Assembly (NCBI GenBank): GCA_038316135.1
Contig: JBBQAL010000002.1
Span: 1,869 to 65,868 of the forward strand
Origin: Candidatus Nanopelagicales bacterium
GTDB lineage: Bacteria; Actinomycetota; Actinomycetes; JAHEKZ01
Direction of reading: 5' to 3'
Length of the DNA: 64,000 nucleotides
Below the pieces are notes generated by a model. The model was not told where the DNA came from, searched no databases, and was given only the letters and a program-made list of their open reading frames with translations. Shown in pieces: positions 1 through 11,731 of the stretch. Position 1 is the stretch's first letter, and each line of letters starts with the position of its first letter. The translations under genes and the position numbers were made by a program.

Positions 1-231
1 GGTTCCGTCGTGCCAGTGAATTCTCATCACACCCGGCGCGCCTGCTGCCCTGGTTCAGGACTCCAGCGCGTTCAACTATCTTTGGAGGTTGTTCAGCCCC
101 TTGTTACGTCCGGCTTGATCACCAACGCAAAGATGAGCGGGAAGACCAGCCCGAGGGCCCCAGTGGGATTAGCTGCGACATCGTCCGCGTATTCCGTTCA
201 CCAGACCCAACGGGCTCGAGGTCGGACCTAT

Positions 232-1194
232 TCATTCACTGCGTTGCTGACAGGTTGCGGTCTCCCCAACAATCCAAGTGTCATCGCTTCCCTGGGTGAT
301 GCGGATCAGGGCGGTCCAGCCCCCGGGGTTTTCTTTGATGCCCGTGGTGATCTCGGACGTGGAGTAGGTGAGGGTCTGGAAGTCCTCGTTGGTCCATCCT
401 TCCTTTCGGAAGTCAATCCGCAGAATCTCAGTGAGGGCTTCCTCTGGCGTTGCGGCACCACCGGTTCCTGATCCGTCATAGATGGCGGCGCCAGTCAGGA
501 AATGGGGTGGGCACTCCAGCGTGTCGACGAGACTCTTCGTAGCGGTCTTGGGAGCGACGACAGGGGGTCTGATTCCGTTGAGCCAGTCAACAAAGCCGGA
601 GGTCCAGTAGGGCTCACCGTTCAACGTGAAACCGCCGCACTCGGCGGTGTCGGGAACGGTGACTTGCCAGGTCCGACCGGCAGTGTCTTGCAGCATGACG
701 AAGTAACCTGCATCACGCGGATCGTGAGAAAGGGGGCAATCTGGCGTCCCGTGTTCTGCATTGCGTAGGAACCACATAAGTTCATTAGTCTGTTGGACGC
801 CCAGCCCCTGGGTCGCGATAATCGTCACAGTGGGATCGAGCAGAGCGGGATTCCGCCATTGACAGATACCTGCGCCAACGACATCCATGTCGAGCACTGC
901 TTGGTTGCTGGGTGAGGCCTCGGATGGTCGTGTGGCACAGATTTCGTCAATCCAGGTCCCAGCCTGTGCGGCGGTCATTGGATCAGTCGTGCTACCTGTA
1001 TCGACCAGCGCCAGCGGAATCACAACCACTGCGGTCACGGTGACGGCAGCCGCAACCAGGACCCACTGGGGTCGTCGCCTCCACCAGGGCAGGGCCGAGA
1101 CCTCCTGCAGGTCGGGAGGCAGCGGTGGGTGCGGACCCGCCTGGGCGGCCCTGTCGTTCAAAAGGTCACGCAGCCGCTGGTCCAAGTCGCTCAT
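232..1194 (-). CDS. Putative membrane-anchored anti-sigma factor. Single TM segment around residues 45-65 with a large extracytoplasmic domain.
   Basis: 320-aa ORF whose ATG overlaps the stop of the upstream ECF sigma gene by 4 bp (ATGA). One hydrophobic segment (VLVAAAVTVTAVVVIPLALV) follows a short cytoplasmic N-terminus. No recognisable catalytic motif. Confidence 0.5.
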   Translation of the reverse strand: MSDLDQRLRDLLNDRAAQAGPHPPLPPDLQEVSALPWWRRRPQWVLVAAAVTVTAVVVIPLALVDTGSTTDPMTAAQAGTWIDEICATRPSEASPSNQAVLDMDVVGAGICQWRNPALLDPTVTIIATQGLGVQQTNELMWFLRNAEHGTPDCPLSHDPRDAGYFVMLQDTAGRTWQVTVPDTAECGGFTLNGEPYWTSGFVDWLNGIRPPVVAPKTATKSLVDTLECPPHFLTGAAIYDGSGTGGAATPEEALTEILRIDFRKEGWTNEDFQTLTYSTSEITTGIKENPGGWTALIRITQGSDDTWIVGETATCQQRSE

Positions 1195-1703
1195 GGAGAC
1201 AACCGCCCTTCAGTCAAGTGCTGAGCCCGCAGTCGGGCCAAAGCCCGCGATGAGGTGGCTCGAACAGTGGATGGGCGGCACCCCAGCAGGCTCGCTGACT
1301 CCCGGTCAGTGAGGTCCTCGTAGTACCTCAACACCAGGGCAGCACGCTCAGCCGGAGGGAGACCCTGAAGGAGGCGCCACATGGCGTCACGTTCGTCCAC
1401 CTGCGACGCCGGATCTGTGCCGACCTGCTCACCATCGAATGCGGACAGGTCCGAGGTGACCTCCGACGATGAGCGCCCCCGACGAGAGGACGTGAAGGTG
1501 TTCACCATGATCCGTTTGACGTAGGCGTTCGGGTGGTCCGCCGCCACCACCCGATGCCACTGCTTATGCGCCTTGACCATCGTGTCCTGCCAGAGGTCCT
1601 CAGCGGCGTGGTGGTTGCCAGCCAGCAGGAAGGCAAGCCGGAACAGCCCCTGCCCATGCAGGGACACCATGTCCTCCAAAGACTCCACGCCACCTCCCTG
1701 CAC
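1191..1703 (-). CDS. ECF (sigma-70 family group IV) RNA polymerase sigma factor
   Basis: 170 aa. Region-2-like segment (LAFLLAGNHHAAEDLWQDTMVKAHKQWHRV) and a region-4 HTH (ERAALVLRYYEDLTDRESASLLGCRPSTVRATSSRALARLR). Confidence 0.85.
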   Translation of the reverse strand: MQGGGVESLEDMVSLHGQGLFRLAFLLAGNHHAAEDLWQDTMVKAHKQWHRVVAADHPNAYVKRIMVNTFTSSRRGRSSSEVTSDLSAFDGEQVGTDPASQVDERDAMWRLLQGLPPAERAALVLRYYEDLTDRESASLLGCRPSTVRATSSRALARLRAQHLTEGRLSP

Positions 1704-2216
1704 CTATGACGCACCCAACCACCCGAAACGCTGCACGCGGTGGAAATCTTCGGGCGAATGACCAACACTTCGGGGAGATCTATCCACTGTCAGAGCCACT
1801 GCCGGTCGACTTAGGACCACAACCAGTGGCCGTTGGCTCGGCCACCCTTCTCGACGCGTTCACCACGGGCCACAAACCGGCAGGTCAGCCTTGGTCTACT
1901 CCTCCCACCCGATTGGCGACTTGAAAGATGCTTGATGGCCGTGATCGACCACTATCCAGGCTTCTTGGTGGTGCCGAAAAGACAGGCGTAGTAAGGGTTG
2001 CCAGGGTTTCCGCCGGTGTTCTCCTCGTCGCGCCATAGATGCGGGCGCGGGTAAGCATGGATCGTGCGTCTGAGGAGATTCTCGTCGCTAGATCGGCAGT
2101 AGTGTCGTGAAAGGCGCGGGGCCAGCGCCCCCGCTAACCGCCCCAAACGAAGGCGCTTCACGCTGTTGTGACCTGCGTTGGAGCCGCGCGGGATGCGGCA
2201 TGAGCAGACGGCTAGT

Positions 2217-2669
2217 TCATCGTCGTTCGGTGCCGTCGTTGTACGGGTCGGATACACCCGACGGCGTCTGGTCCGCTGACGGGATGCCAACCGGGTCGCG
2301 ACGCCGCGCCAGCATCCGCTTCTGCTTGTCTGCCTCTTGCGGTTCCGTGGAGGCGTCGTTGCCGTCCATGCCGACCAACCACACGAGACCCCGGCCGTGG
2401 CCGGGGTTGCGCTGCTCTGCTGCCTCGTCGTCGTGAACCAACGCGACTGCGTAGGTGAGCGAATCGCCAGCCTGCCGTTGCGCCCAGTCGATGACTTGCA
2501 GCACGTCAGCCCCAGTGATGTCGTAGGTGTCGGTCCAACCGTAGGTGGCCGACTCCTCGCTGCCGTGCAGGTAGACCCGAAACCGGGGCCCAGACAGTTC
2601 CCATCCGGAGTCGCGCTCGTCAACACCCTGCACGCGCATCTCCGTCACGAAGCCATCCTCGCACTCCAC
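2217..2669 (-). CDS. Hypothetical protein
   Basis: 150-aa ORF on the same strand as its neighbours. The N-terminal two thirds have a balanced, protein-like composition and the C-terminus is less convincing. No motif recognised. Confidence 0.35.
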   Translation of the reverse strand: MECEDGFVTEMRVQGVDERDSGWELSGPRFRVYLHGSEESATYGWTDTYDITGADVLQVIDWAQRQAGDSLTYAVALVHDDEAAEQRNPGHGRGLVWLVGMDGNDASTEPQEADKQKRMLARRRDPVGIPSADQTPSGVSDPYNDGTERR

Positions 2670-2767
2670 GAACTCCGGCCGTCCGATGCGATAGACCTCG
2701 ACTTCGACGCCTTCCGATTAGCCGAACGAGTGCGAGGCGAGCGCAGCTGATCAAAACTCGCCGCGAA

Positions 2768-2905
2768 TCAGCCTGCCGGAACGGTCACGGTCCCGAACTG
2801 CTCGGGTAGGTCGTCGAGTGTCACCCCAGGAGCCAGGTAGACCGTGTAGGCCGACCCCGGTGATGAGATGGCGAGCCTCGGGTCTACCCCGGGGATCGAC
2901 TTCAT
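2768..2905 (-). CDS. Small ORF (45 aa, MKSIPGVDPRLAISSPGSAYTVYLAPGVTLDDLPEQFGTVTVPAG). Translationally coupled to the upstream 74-aa ORF.
   Basis: Not in the ORF track because it is below 60 aa; hand-translated. A strong SD (AGGAGA) sits 6 nt upstream of the ATG, and the ATG overlaps the TGA of ORF 2902..3126 (ATGA). Confidence 0.3.
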   Translation of the reverse strand: MKSIPGVDPRLAISSPGSAYTVYLAPGVTLDDLPEQFGTVTVPAG

Positions 2906-3126
2906 AGCGATCTCCTGGTTGTACCGCCCTTCCAGCCGCAGCCACGCTCGTCGCCAGTCCCCAACTCGTCACCGCCGACGATCTCTTCTGAGGCTTCCGC
3001 CGGTGTGGAGGACGTGCCCTGCAGGACCACCGTGGTGGGTCCTGTAGTGGCCTCCTGGGTCTGTGCCCACGTGACGCCACCCGCGATGGTCAGCCGGTCA
3101 TCGTGAATGGTGAAGACTACGGGCAT
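2902..3126 (-). CDS. Small hypothetical ORF (74 aa)
   Basis: ORF-track entry. The N-terminal half is protein-like (MPVVFTIHDDRLTIAGGVTWAQTQ...). The stop overlaps the start of the 45-aa ORF. No obvious SD. Confidence 0.25.
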   Translation of the reverse strand: MPVVFTIHDDRLTIAGGVTWAQTQEATTGPTTVVLQGTSSTPAEASEEIVGGDELGTGDERGCGWKGGTTRRSL

Positions 3127-3650
3127 GAACCATTGGTGGCTGGAGGAGTTCGGGGACCCCTGCCGGTCGTGCGGTTATGCCTGGCAACCACCAGTCGAAT
3201 CCGCCATACAGATCGTTGCAAACTCGCCCGAGCAGTGCGCCGGCCTTCTGACGGATCAGACGGGTCACAACGACACCCGGATCTGGAATGGTCGGCGAAA
3301 GGGTACGTCTTTCACGTCGCAGATAATCTCCGCATCTGGGCAGAACGAGTAGCAGCGTCCATGGCCGGCGCTCACCAGCCAATCGCCCCCTACGACGACA
3401 ACTTGCTCGCGACCGCACGCGCCTACGAGCAGATGCCACTGGAAGCGGCGATGTGGGCCCTGACTACCAGCGTGGACCGCTGGATGAGCATCGTGCGCCC
3501 GGCCCTGATTCGGGATCTGACCCTCGATCACCCAGAGAGGGGGCCGTTGCGAATCAGCGATGTGGTGAGCAGCAACTGCCACGACGTGGTCCACCACCAG
3601 TGGGACATTCACCGCTCCACCTCGGCGCCGATCTCTTTGCGCCCAGCCCG
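3107..3650 (+). pseudogene. DinB/mycothiol-dependent maleylpyruvate-isomerase-N-terminal-like family gene, apparently frameshifted
   Basis: Frame-2 ORF 3107..3352 (MNHWWLEEFGDPCRSCGYAW...) continues in frame 1 after about nt 3270-3290 as WSAKGYVFHVADNLRIWAERV...DVVHHQWDIHRS, which are DinB_2-like motifs. Neither frame alone gives a complete protein. The downstream frame-1 tail is Arg-rich, which suggests a wrong frame. Confidence 0.3.
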
Positions 3651-3748
3651 GTCCATCCTCTGGATACTTACCTGTCGCAGAAACCGTCCGTTGCGAACAC
3701 TCATGGCCTCGACGAGGCACCACAAACCCGCAGCTCAGCCTTGCCGCG

Positions 3749-5323
3749 CTACTCCCACTCGATCGTGCCGGGCGGTTTGCTCGTCACATCGAGCACGACG
3801 CGGTTGATCTCGCGGACCTCGTTGGTGATGCGAGTCGAGATCTTCGCGATCACCTCGTAGGGCAGGCGTGACCAGTCCGCGGTCATTGCGTCCTCGCTGG
3901 AGACGGGCCGCAGTACCACCGGGTGTCCGTAGGTGCGGCTATCTCCTTGGACGCCCACCGAGCGAACGTCGCCGAGCAGCACGACCGGGAACTGCCACAC
4001 CTCGCTGTCGAGACCAGCGCGAGTCAGTTCCTCACGCGCTATCGCGTCGGCCGCGCGCAAGGTTTCCAAGCGGTCATAGGTGACCTCCCCGATGATCCGG
4101 ATTCCGAGCCCCGGTCCAGGGAACGGATGGCGCCAGACGATCTCAGCGGGCAGGTCGAGCTGTTCTCCAACCGCGCGCACCTCGTCCTTGAACAGCGCAC
4201 GGAGCGGCTCTACGAGTTTGAACTGCAGATCCTCCGGGAGTCCGCCCACGTTGTGGTGAGACTTGATATTGGCCGTTCCCGTGCCTCCGCCGCTCTCGAC
4301 GACGTCGGGGTAGAGAGTTCCCTGCACGAGGAACTCCACCTGCTGGCCATGTGCGCCAGCCTCAGCAACGACTTCAGCTGCCGCGTCCTCGAAGACCCTG
4401 ATGAACTCGCGACCGATCACCTTGCGCTTCTGTTCGGGGTCGACAACGCCGGCGAGCGCGTCCAGAAAGCGACGTTCGGCGTCTACCACCTTGAGCCGGA
4501 CGCCCGTTGCCGACACGAAGTCCTTCTCGACCTGTTCGGCCTCGCCGGCCCGCAGGAGGCCGTGGTTGACGAAGACACAGGTGAGCTGATCTCCGATAGC
4601 GCGCTGCACCAAAGCAGCAGCCACCGCCGAGTCAACGCCTCCCGACAGCCCGCAGATGACGAGCTTGTCGCCCACCTGTGATCGGATCAGCTCAACCTGC
4701 TCGTCGATGACGTTGCTCATCGTCCAGGTGGGGCGACAACCTGCTATCTCGTAGAGGAAGTGCTCAAGCACCTGCTGGCCATGCTGAGAATGCATGACCT
4801 CCGGGTGGAACTGCACTCCAGCGAGGCGCTGCTCGATGCTCTCGAAGGCTGCGACAGCGGCGCCCTCGCTCATGGCCGATACCGAGAAGCCGGCCGGCGC
4901 GACAGTCACCGAGTCTCCGTGGGACATCCAGACCGAGAGCTCGCTCGGCAAGTCGGCGAACAGAGCGGAATCGCGGTCGACGACGTTCAGCGGAGTGCCG
5001 CCGAACTCCGAAGTACCGGTCCTTGCGACCTCGCCACCGAGCGCCTGGGCCATTGCCTGGAAGCCGTAGCAGATGCCGAATGCCGGCACGCCGGCGCGGA
5101 AGAGGTCGGCGTCGACCTGCGGTGCACCGTCTGCGTACACGCTGCTCGGCCCACCGGAGAGGATGATCGCCGCCGGCCCTTTGGCGAGCATCTCAGCTAC
5201 CGGCATGGTGTGCGGCACGATCTCGCTGTAGACCCTGGCCTCGCGTACCCGGCGAGCGATCAGCTGGGCGTACTGGGCGCCAAAGTCGACGACAAGGACG
5301 GTGTCGAAGCTCTCCGCAGTCAC
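3749..5323 (-). CDS. guaA: GMP synthase (glutamine-hydrolysing)
   Basis: 524 aa. N-terminal class-I glutamine amidotransferase domain ([13 protein letters not shown]), the ATP pyrophosphatase P-loop SGGVDSAV, and a conserved GuaA C-terminus (PGTIEWE). Confidence 0.97.
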   Translation of the reverse strand: MTAESFDTVLVVDFGAQYAQLIARRVREARVYSEIVPHTMPVAEMLAKGPAAIILSGGPSSVYADGAPQVDADLFRAGVPAFGICYGFQAMAQALGGEVARTGTSEFGGTPLNVVDRDSALFADLPSELSVWMSHGDSVTVAPAGFSVSAMSEGAAVAAFESIEQRLAGVQFHPEVMHSQHGQQVLEHFLYEIAGCRPTWTMSNVIDEQVELIRSQVGDKLVICGLSGGVDSAVAAALVQRAIGDQLTCVFVNHGLLRAGEAEQVEKDFVSATGVRLKVVDAERRFLDALAGVVDPEQKRKVIGREFIRVFEDAAAEVVAEAGAHGQQVEFLVQGTLYPDVVESGGGTGTANIKSHHNVGGLPEDLQFKLVEPLRALFKDEVRAVGEQLDLPAEIVWRHPFPGPGLGIRIIGEVTYDRLETLRAADAIAREELTRAGLDSEVWQFPVVLLGDVRSVGVQGDSRTYGHPVVLRPVSSEDAMTADWSRLPYEVIAKISTRITNEVREINRVVLDVTSKPPGTIEWE

Positions 5324-5404
5324 GGCACGATCCTATCGACGCCCGGTTGGCTCCCCACGCGGCAGGAAAGTGAATGGCCCTTGGGCGGTCCGCTCCCCTA
5401 GCGT

Positions 5405-7126
5405 GTGGTGTACATGCTGCTCGACAACCTCCCTCACTCGGACCCCGGCGACCCTGTCCTCACGACGCCTGGGCGCTTTCTGACGTGGATCGGGCGCCAG
5501 CAGAAGAAGCTCTTGGCCCTGGGCGTGATCTGGGGCGTGATCTGGATGGTTGGCCAGGCGCTGATCCCTGGTGCGCTCGGTGCCGGCATCCAGGCCATTT
5601 CGGACGAGGACGAGGCGAAGGCACTCCAGTGGGCGGGCGTGGTGCTGGTCCTTGGTGTGGTCCAGGCCGGTGCCGGACTAGTTCGGCACCGCTACGCCGT
5701 CGCCAACTGGGTCACGGCGGGAACGCGGGTTCAGCAGCTGCTGATCAGGCGGGCCGCCCACCTCGGCGCCGATCTGCCCAAACAGGTGGCCACCGGCGAG
5801 GTCGTTGCCGCATCTGCAAACGACGTCGAGCGGATCGGCAACGCACTCGACATCCTCCCGCGGATGGTCGGGGCCATCATCGCCTTCTTCGTGGTTGCCG
5901 GAATCCTGATCGCCAGCAACGCAACGCTTGGCATCATCGTGCTGGTCGGCGTTCCGCTGCTCTCACTCGCTGTGGCGCCACTGGTGCGCCCGCTGGAAAG
6001 GCGTGAACGCGAGCAGCGCGTACATCTTGGGCTGACCCAGGAGCTCGCCGCCGATACCGTCGCCGGCTTGCGCGTTCTTCGCGGTATTGGCGGCGAGGAC
6101 CTTTTCCTGGCGCGCTTCCAGGCTGAGTCGAAGAAAGTTCAGGCGGCAGCGGTTCGAACCGCGCACATCCGCGCCCTTCTCGACGCGATGCAGGTCTTTC
6201 TTCCCGGTTTGTTCGTCGTCATCGTCACCTGGCTGGGTGCACGCCTTGCCCTGCAAGGCGACCTGACCGTTGGACAGCTCGTCGCGTTCTATGGCTACAC
6301 CGCGTTCCTGGTGCTGCCCCTTCGCACAGTCACCGAAGCGGCGCACAAGTTCACAGCGGCACGCGTTGCCGCGGCCCGAGTAATCACGGTGATGACCCTT
6401 GAACGCCTGTTCGACGAGGGGGACGAGGCGACGGCGCCTGCCCCCACCTCAACCGCCGGTGAGATCACCGACCCCCAGACCGGCTTGGTCGTCGCGCCGG
6501 GTCAGCTCACGGCGATCGTGACCGACGACCCTGATGCCTCCGAAGTACTCATCGACCGGCTCGGCCGGTACCGCGAGTCCAATGTCTCACTCGACGGGAC
6601 CCTGGTCGAAGACCTGCCCCTGCTGACAGTCCGCGAACGGGTTCTGGTGCAAGACAAAGATCCGATGATCTTGTCCGGGGCTGCCGAAGACCTCTTCGAC
6701 ATCCCCCGGACCGGACGCGTCGCGGTGGCCGATGCACTGGCGTCCGCTTCGGCCCTTGACGTCGTCGACGCGCTGCCAGACGGCCTGGCCACCGACCTCC
6801 CCGAACGTGGCCGGTCCCTCTCGGGTGGCCAACGGCAGCGACTGGCGCTGGCCAGGTCCCTGGTTGCTGATCCCGAAGTCCTCATCCTCGATGAGCCGAC
6901 TAGTGCTGTCGACGCGCACACCGAGGCACGAATCGGACTTGGGCTGCGTGACGCCAGGTCCGGCCGCACCACGGTGGTCTTCACCACCAGCCCTCTGCTC
7001 CTCGAGCACGTCGACGTCGTGGCCTTCCTCAAAGACGGTCGCATCCAGGCCACTGGCCAACACCGTCAACTGCTTCGGGAGAACGCTGACTACCGCCGGA
7101 CCGTGACCAGGGGCGAGGACGAATGA
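5405..7126 (+). CDS. ABC transporter, fused permease/ATP-binding subunit (exporter type), first half of a heterodimer
   Basis: 573 aa. N-terminal 6-TM domain followed by an NBD with the [15 protein letters not shown] signature and Walker [11 protein letters not shown]. Overlaps the next gene by 4 bp. Confidence 0.9.
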   Translation: MVYMLLDNLPHSDPGDPVLTTPGRFLTWIGRQQKKLLALGVIWGVIWMVGQALIPGALGAGIQAISDEDEAKALQWAGVVLVLGVVQAGAGLVRHRYAVANWVTAGTRVQQLLIRRAAHLGADLPKQVATGEVVAASANDVERIGNALDILPRMVGAIIAFFVVAGILIASNATLGIIVLVGVPLLSLAVAPLVRPLERREREQRVHLGLTQELAADTVAGLRVLRGIGGEDLFLARFQAESKKVQAAAVRTAHIRALLDAMQVFLPGLFVVIVTWLGARLALQGDLTVGQLVAFYGYTAFLVLPLRTVTEAAHKFTAARVAAARVITVMTLERLFDEGDEATAPAPTSTAGEITDPQTGLVVAPGQLTAIVTDDPDASEVLIDRLGRYRESNVSLDGTLVEDLPLLTVRERVLVQDKDPMILSGAAEDLFDIPRTGRVAVADALASASALDVVDALPDGLATDLPERGRSLSGGQRQRLALARSLVADPEVLILDEPTSAVDAHTEARIGLGLRDARSGRTTVVFTTSPLLLEHVDVVAFLKDGRIQATGQHRQLLRENADYRRTVTRGEDE

Positions 7127-8904
7127 AGCCTCCCGAGTCCCTCGCTCAGACCGAGAAGAGCACTGAGGGCAAGTTGCCGGTCGCCAGCCCCGAGTCCGTC
7201 CGTCGGTACGTCGTGACGTTGCTGCGACGCAACCGCGGGATCTTCTTCGCTCTTGTCGGGCTCAACTCTGTTGCTGCAGCCGCATCGATCGTCGGACCGC
7301 AGGTGCTGGGCAGCATTGTCGAGAAGATCGGGGAGGGAGCTGACAACGCCTACGTCAACAAGGCGGCACTCATCTTCCTCGTTGCCCTGCTGGTGCAAAC
7401 GGTCTTCACTCGCTGGGCCCGCATTCGCGGGGCAGTGCTCGGCGAGTCGATCCTGGCCGACCTGCGCGAGGACTTCCTGACCCGCGTCGTCGCGCTACCG
7501 CCCGGCGTCGTCGAGCGCGCCGGCACCGGCGATCTCGTCACCAGGACAACCACCGATGTCGACCGGCTCTCGTGGGCGGTCCGCCTGGCAGTTCCGGAGA
7601 TTGCGATCGCCTTGGTAACCGCGACTTTGGTATTCGCGGCACTGATCTTCACCGCCCCGATCTTGGCTCTGTCATGGCTGTTTGCCGTACCCGTGATTGG
7701 TGTCGTCACCCGCTGGTACTTCAAGCGCGCTCCATACGCCTACCGGCACGAGATGTCCTCATACGCCGCGGTCAACTCCGGGATCGCCGAGACCGTCGAC
7801 GCAGGGCGCACCGTTGAGGCCTACCGGCTCGGCGATGCCCGCGTCCGCCGCACCGATAACGCGATCAAGCGCTGGATCAGCTGGGAGAGGTACACCCTCT
7901 ACCTGCGAACCATCTTCTTCCCGTCCATCGAGATCTCGTACGTGCTCCCGCTTGCCGCAGTTCTCGGGCTCGGCGGATGGCTCTACATCGACGGCCAGGT
8001 GAGCTTGGCGCAAGTCACCGCCGCCGTGCTCTACACGCAGATGCTCATCGAGCCCGTGGACATCATTTTGATGTGGTACGACGAGCTTCAAGTCGGCCAA
8101 GCCTCGATGGCGCGCTTGATCGGGGTGCACGATGTTCCCGACCCAGTCACCGACGGCACTCGCGAACCACAGTCTGCCGACCTGCACGCGCACGAGGTTC
8201 GTTACGGATACCGCGAGGGCCGAGACGTCCTACACGGAGTCAGCATGGACATCGAGCCGGGAGACCGCGTCGCGATCGTCGGCCCTTCAGGGGCTGGTAA
8301 GTCGACACTGGGGCGCCTGCTCGCCGGCCTGCACGCGCCACGCACGGGAACCATCGACATGGGCGGCATAACCCTTGCATCCCTGCCAACCGAGAAGGTG
8401 CGCCGCCACGTTGCTCTGGTGACGCAGGAGCACCACGTCTTCATCGGAACTCTCCGCGACAACTTGCTGCTGGCGCGACCGGACGCGTCCGACACCCAGC
8501 TCTGGGAAGCGCTCGGCTCGGTTGACGCCGCCGAGTGGGCACAGGCGCTTCCCAAGGGGCTGCTGACCGAGGTGGGGACAGGGCGCCTCAAGCTCACGCC
8601 GGCGCAAGCGCAGCAGCTGGCACTCGCCCGACTCGTTCTCGCTGACCCGCACACGCTGGTGCTCGACGAGGCCACCTCGCTTCTGGACCCACGCGCGGCC
8701 CGCCATCTCGAGCAATCGTTGGCAGCAGTGCTGGAGGGTCGGACCGTCATCGCCATCGCACACCGACTGATGACGGCACACGATGCCAAGCGCGTCGTTG
8801 TGGTCGAAGAGGGCAAGATCACCGAATCGGGTAGCCACGACGAGCTGGTCACCGCTGGTGGGGCCTATGCCGCTCTCTGGCGATCCTGGCGCGACGAGGA
8901 CTGA
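7123..8904 (+). CDS. ABC transporter, fused permease/ATP-binding subunit (exporter type), second half of a heterodimer
   Basis: 593 aa. TM domain followed by an NBD with Walker [10 protein letters not shown] and Walker [12 protein letters not shown]. Confidence 0.9.
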   Translation: MKPPESLAQTEKSTEGKLPVASPESVRRYVVTLLRRNRGIFFALVGLNSVAAAASIVGPQVLGSIVEKIGEGADNAYVNKAALIFLVALLVQTVFTRWARIRGAVLGESILADLREDFLTRVVALPPGVVERAGTGDLVTRTTTDVDRLSWAVRLAVPEIAIALVTATLVFAALIFTAPILALSWLFAVPVIGVVTRWYFKRAPYAYRHEMSSYAAVNSGIAETVDAGRTVEAYRLGDARVRRTDNAIKRWISWERYTLYLRTIFFPSIEISYVLPLAAVLGLGGWLYIDGQVSLAQVTAAVLYTQMLIEPVDIILMWYDELQVGQASMARLIGVHDVPDPVTDGTREPQSADLHAHEVRYGYREGRDVLHGVSMDIEPGDRVAIVGPSGAGKSTLGRLLAGLHAPRTGTIDMGGITLASLPTEKVRRHVALVTQEHHVFIGTLRDNLLLARPDASDTQLWEALGSVDAAEWAQALPKGLLTEVGTGRLKLTPAQAQQLALARLVLADPHTLVLDEATSLLDPRAARHLEQSLAAVLEGRTVIAIAHRLMTAHDAKRVVVVEEGKITESGSHDELVTAGGAYAALWRSWRDED

Positions 8905-8927
8905 CGCCACCGACCAACACCGTGTGC

Positions 8928-8955
8928 GTTGACCGGCCCCATAGGACCGGTCAAC
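8928..8955. terminator. Inverted repeat (9-bp stem GTTGACCGG / CCGGTCAAC, 10-nt loop) between convergent genes. Candidate bidirectional terminator.
   Basis: Seen directly in the sequence between the ABC gene stop (8904) and the guaB3 stop (8974). Confidence 0.5.
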
Positions 8956-8973
8956 TAACACGCTGCGGTGGGG

Positions 8974-10083
8974 CTACGGGAGGACAGTGACCTCGACGCG
9001 CTGGAACTCCTTGAGATCTGAGTAACCGGTGGTCGCCATCGCTCGCCGAAGAGCCCCGAAGAGGTTCATGGAGCCGTCTGAGGCCCTTGAAGGGCCGACG
9101 AGCACCTCCTCGAGGGTGCCTACAACACCCACCCGAACCCGCTCTCCGCGAGGAAGCAGGTGGTGGTGCGCCTCGGTGCCCCAGTGCCAGCCCGAGCCAG
9201 GTGCGTCACTGGCTCTAGCCAGCGGAGACCCCATCATGACCGCGTCTGCACCGCAGGCGATGGCTTTGGCGATGTCGCCGCTCTTGCCAACGCCACCGTC
9301 GGCGATGACATGAACGTAACGCCCGCCTGACTCGTCCATGTAGTCGCGCCGGGCCGCCGCAACGTCAGCGACCGCGGTGGCCATCGGCACAGCAACTCCA
9401 AGGACATCGCGTGTCGTGTGCGCGGCCCCGCCACCAAATCCGACCAGGACGCCCGCCGCGCCGGTACGCATCAGATGCAGCGCGGCGGTGTAGGTGGCAA
9501 CGCCGCCGACCACAACGGGGACATCGAGCTCATAGATGAACTGCTTGAGGTTGAGTGGCTCTGACTGGCTGGACACGTGTTCGGCCGACACGGTCGTGCC
9601 GCGAATCACGAAGAGGTCGATCCCGGCGTCAACCACGGTCTTCCAGAACTGCTTGGTGCGCTGCGGTGACAGCGCAGCGGCGGTGACGACGCCAGCAGCG
9701 CGCACCTCCGCGATGCGTTCCACGATCAGGTCTTCGCGGATCGGCTCGAGGTAGAGCTTCTGCATCCGCTGCGTGACTTCGTAGTCCTCTAGCTCCGCGA
9801 TCTCGGCCAAGAGCGGGGCCGGGTCGTCGTACCGCGTCCAGAGCCCTTCGAGATTGAGGACACCCACACCTCCGAGCTTTCCAATCGTGATGGCCGTAGC
9901 CGGTGACACCACCGAGTCCATCGGCGCGGCCATCAGCGGGAGCTCGAACCGATAGGCATCGATCTGCCAGGCGATTGAGATCTCTTGGGGGTCGCGGGTT
10001 CGGCGGTGCGGGACGATGGCGATGTCGTCGAAGCGCCATGCCGAGCGACCACGCTTACCGCGTCCGATCTCCAGCTCACTCAT
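8974..10083 (-). CDS. guaB3: IMP dehydrogenase-related protein lacking CBS domains (GuaB3 type)
   Basis: 369-aa TIM-barrel IMPDH/GMPR-family protein ([38 protein letters not shown]) with no CBS pair. Lies immediately downstream of guaB, as in the Mycobacterium guaB2-guaB3 arrangement. Confidence 0.85.
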   Translation of the reverse strand: MSELEIGRGKRGRSAWRFDDIAIVPHRRTRDPQEISIAWQIDAYRFELPLMAAPMDSVVSPATAITIGKLGGVGVLNLEGLWTRYDDPAPLLAEIAELEDYEVTQRMQKLYLEPIREDLIVERIAEVRAAGVVTAAALSPQRTKQFWKTVVDAGIDLFVIRGTTVSAEHVSSQSEPLNLKQFIYELDVPVVVGGVATYTAALHLMRTGAAGVLVGFGGGAAHTTRDVLGVAVPMATAVADVAAARRDYMDESGGRYVHVIADGGVGKSGDIAKAIACGADAVMMGSPLARASDAPGSGWHWGTEAHHHLLPRGERVRVGVVGTLEEVLVGPSRASDGSMNLFGALRRAMATTGYSDLKEFQRVEVTVLP

Positions 10084-10097
10084 GCCGAGACTCTCCC

Positions 10098-11678
<1,581 letters not shown>

Positions 11679-11731
11679 TCATTCTACCGATTCCCAGCTG
11701 AGGCCGGTCGGGCGCTGCTGACCGATTTGCG

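Noticed and set aside
10-471. 153-aa plus-strand ORF at the window start
   Set aside because: Antisense to the better-supported anti-sigma gene, which is coupled by ATGA to the sigma factor. Arg/Gly-rich composition typical of a wrong-frame GC-rich ORF.
1952-2626. 224-aa minus-strand ORF
   Set aside because: Alternative frame over gene 2217..2669. Extremely Arg/Thr/Ser-rich with no motifs.
5374-6006. 210-aa plus-strand ORF
   Set aside because: Overlaps the ABC transporter gene in a different frame. Poly-Arg/Gly composition.
8202-8961. Two minus-strand ORFs (216 and 224 aa)
   Set aside because: Antisense to the clearly conserved ABC-transporter NBD.
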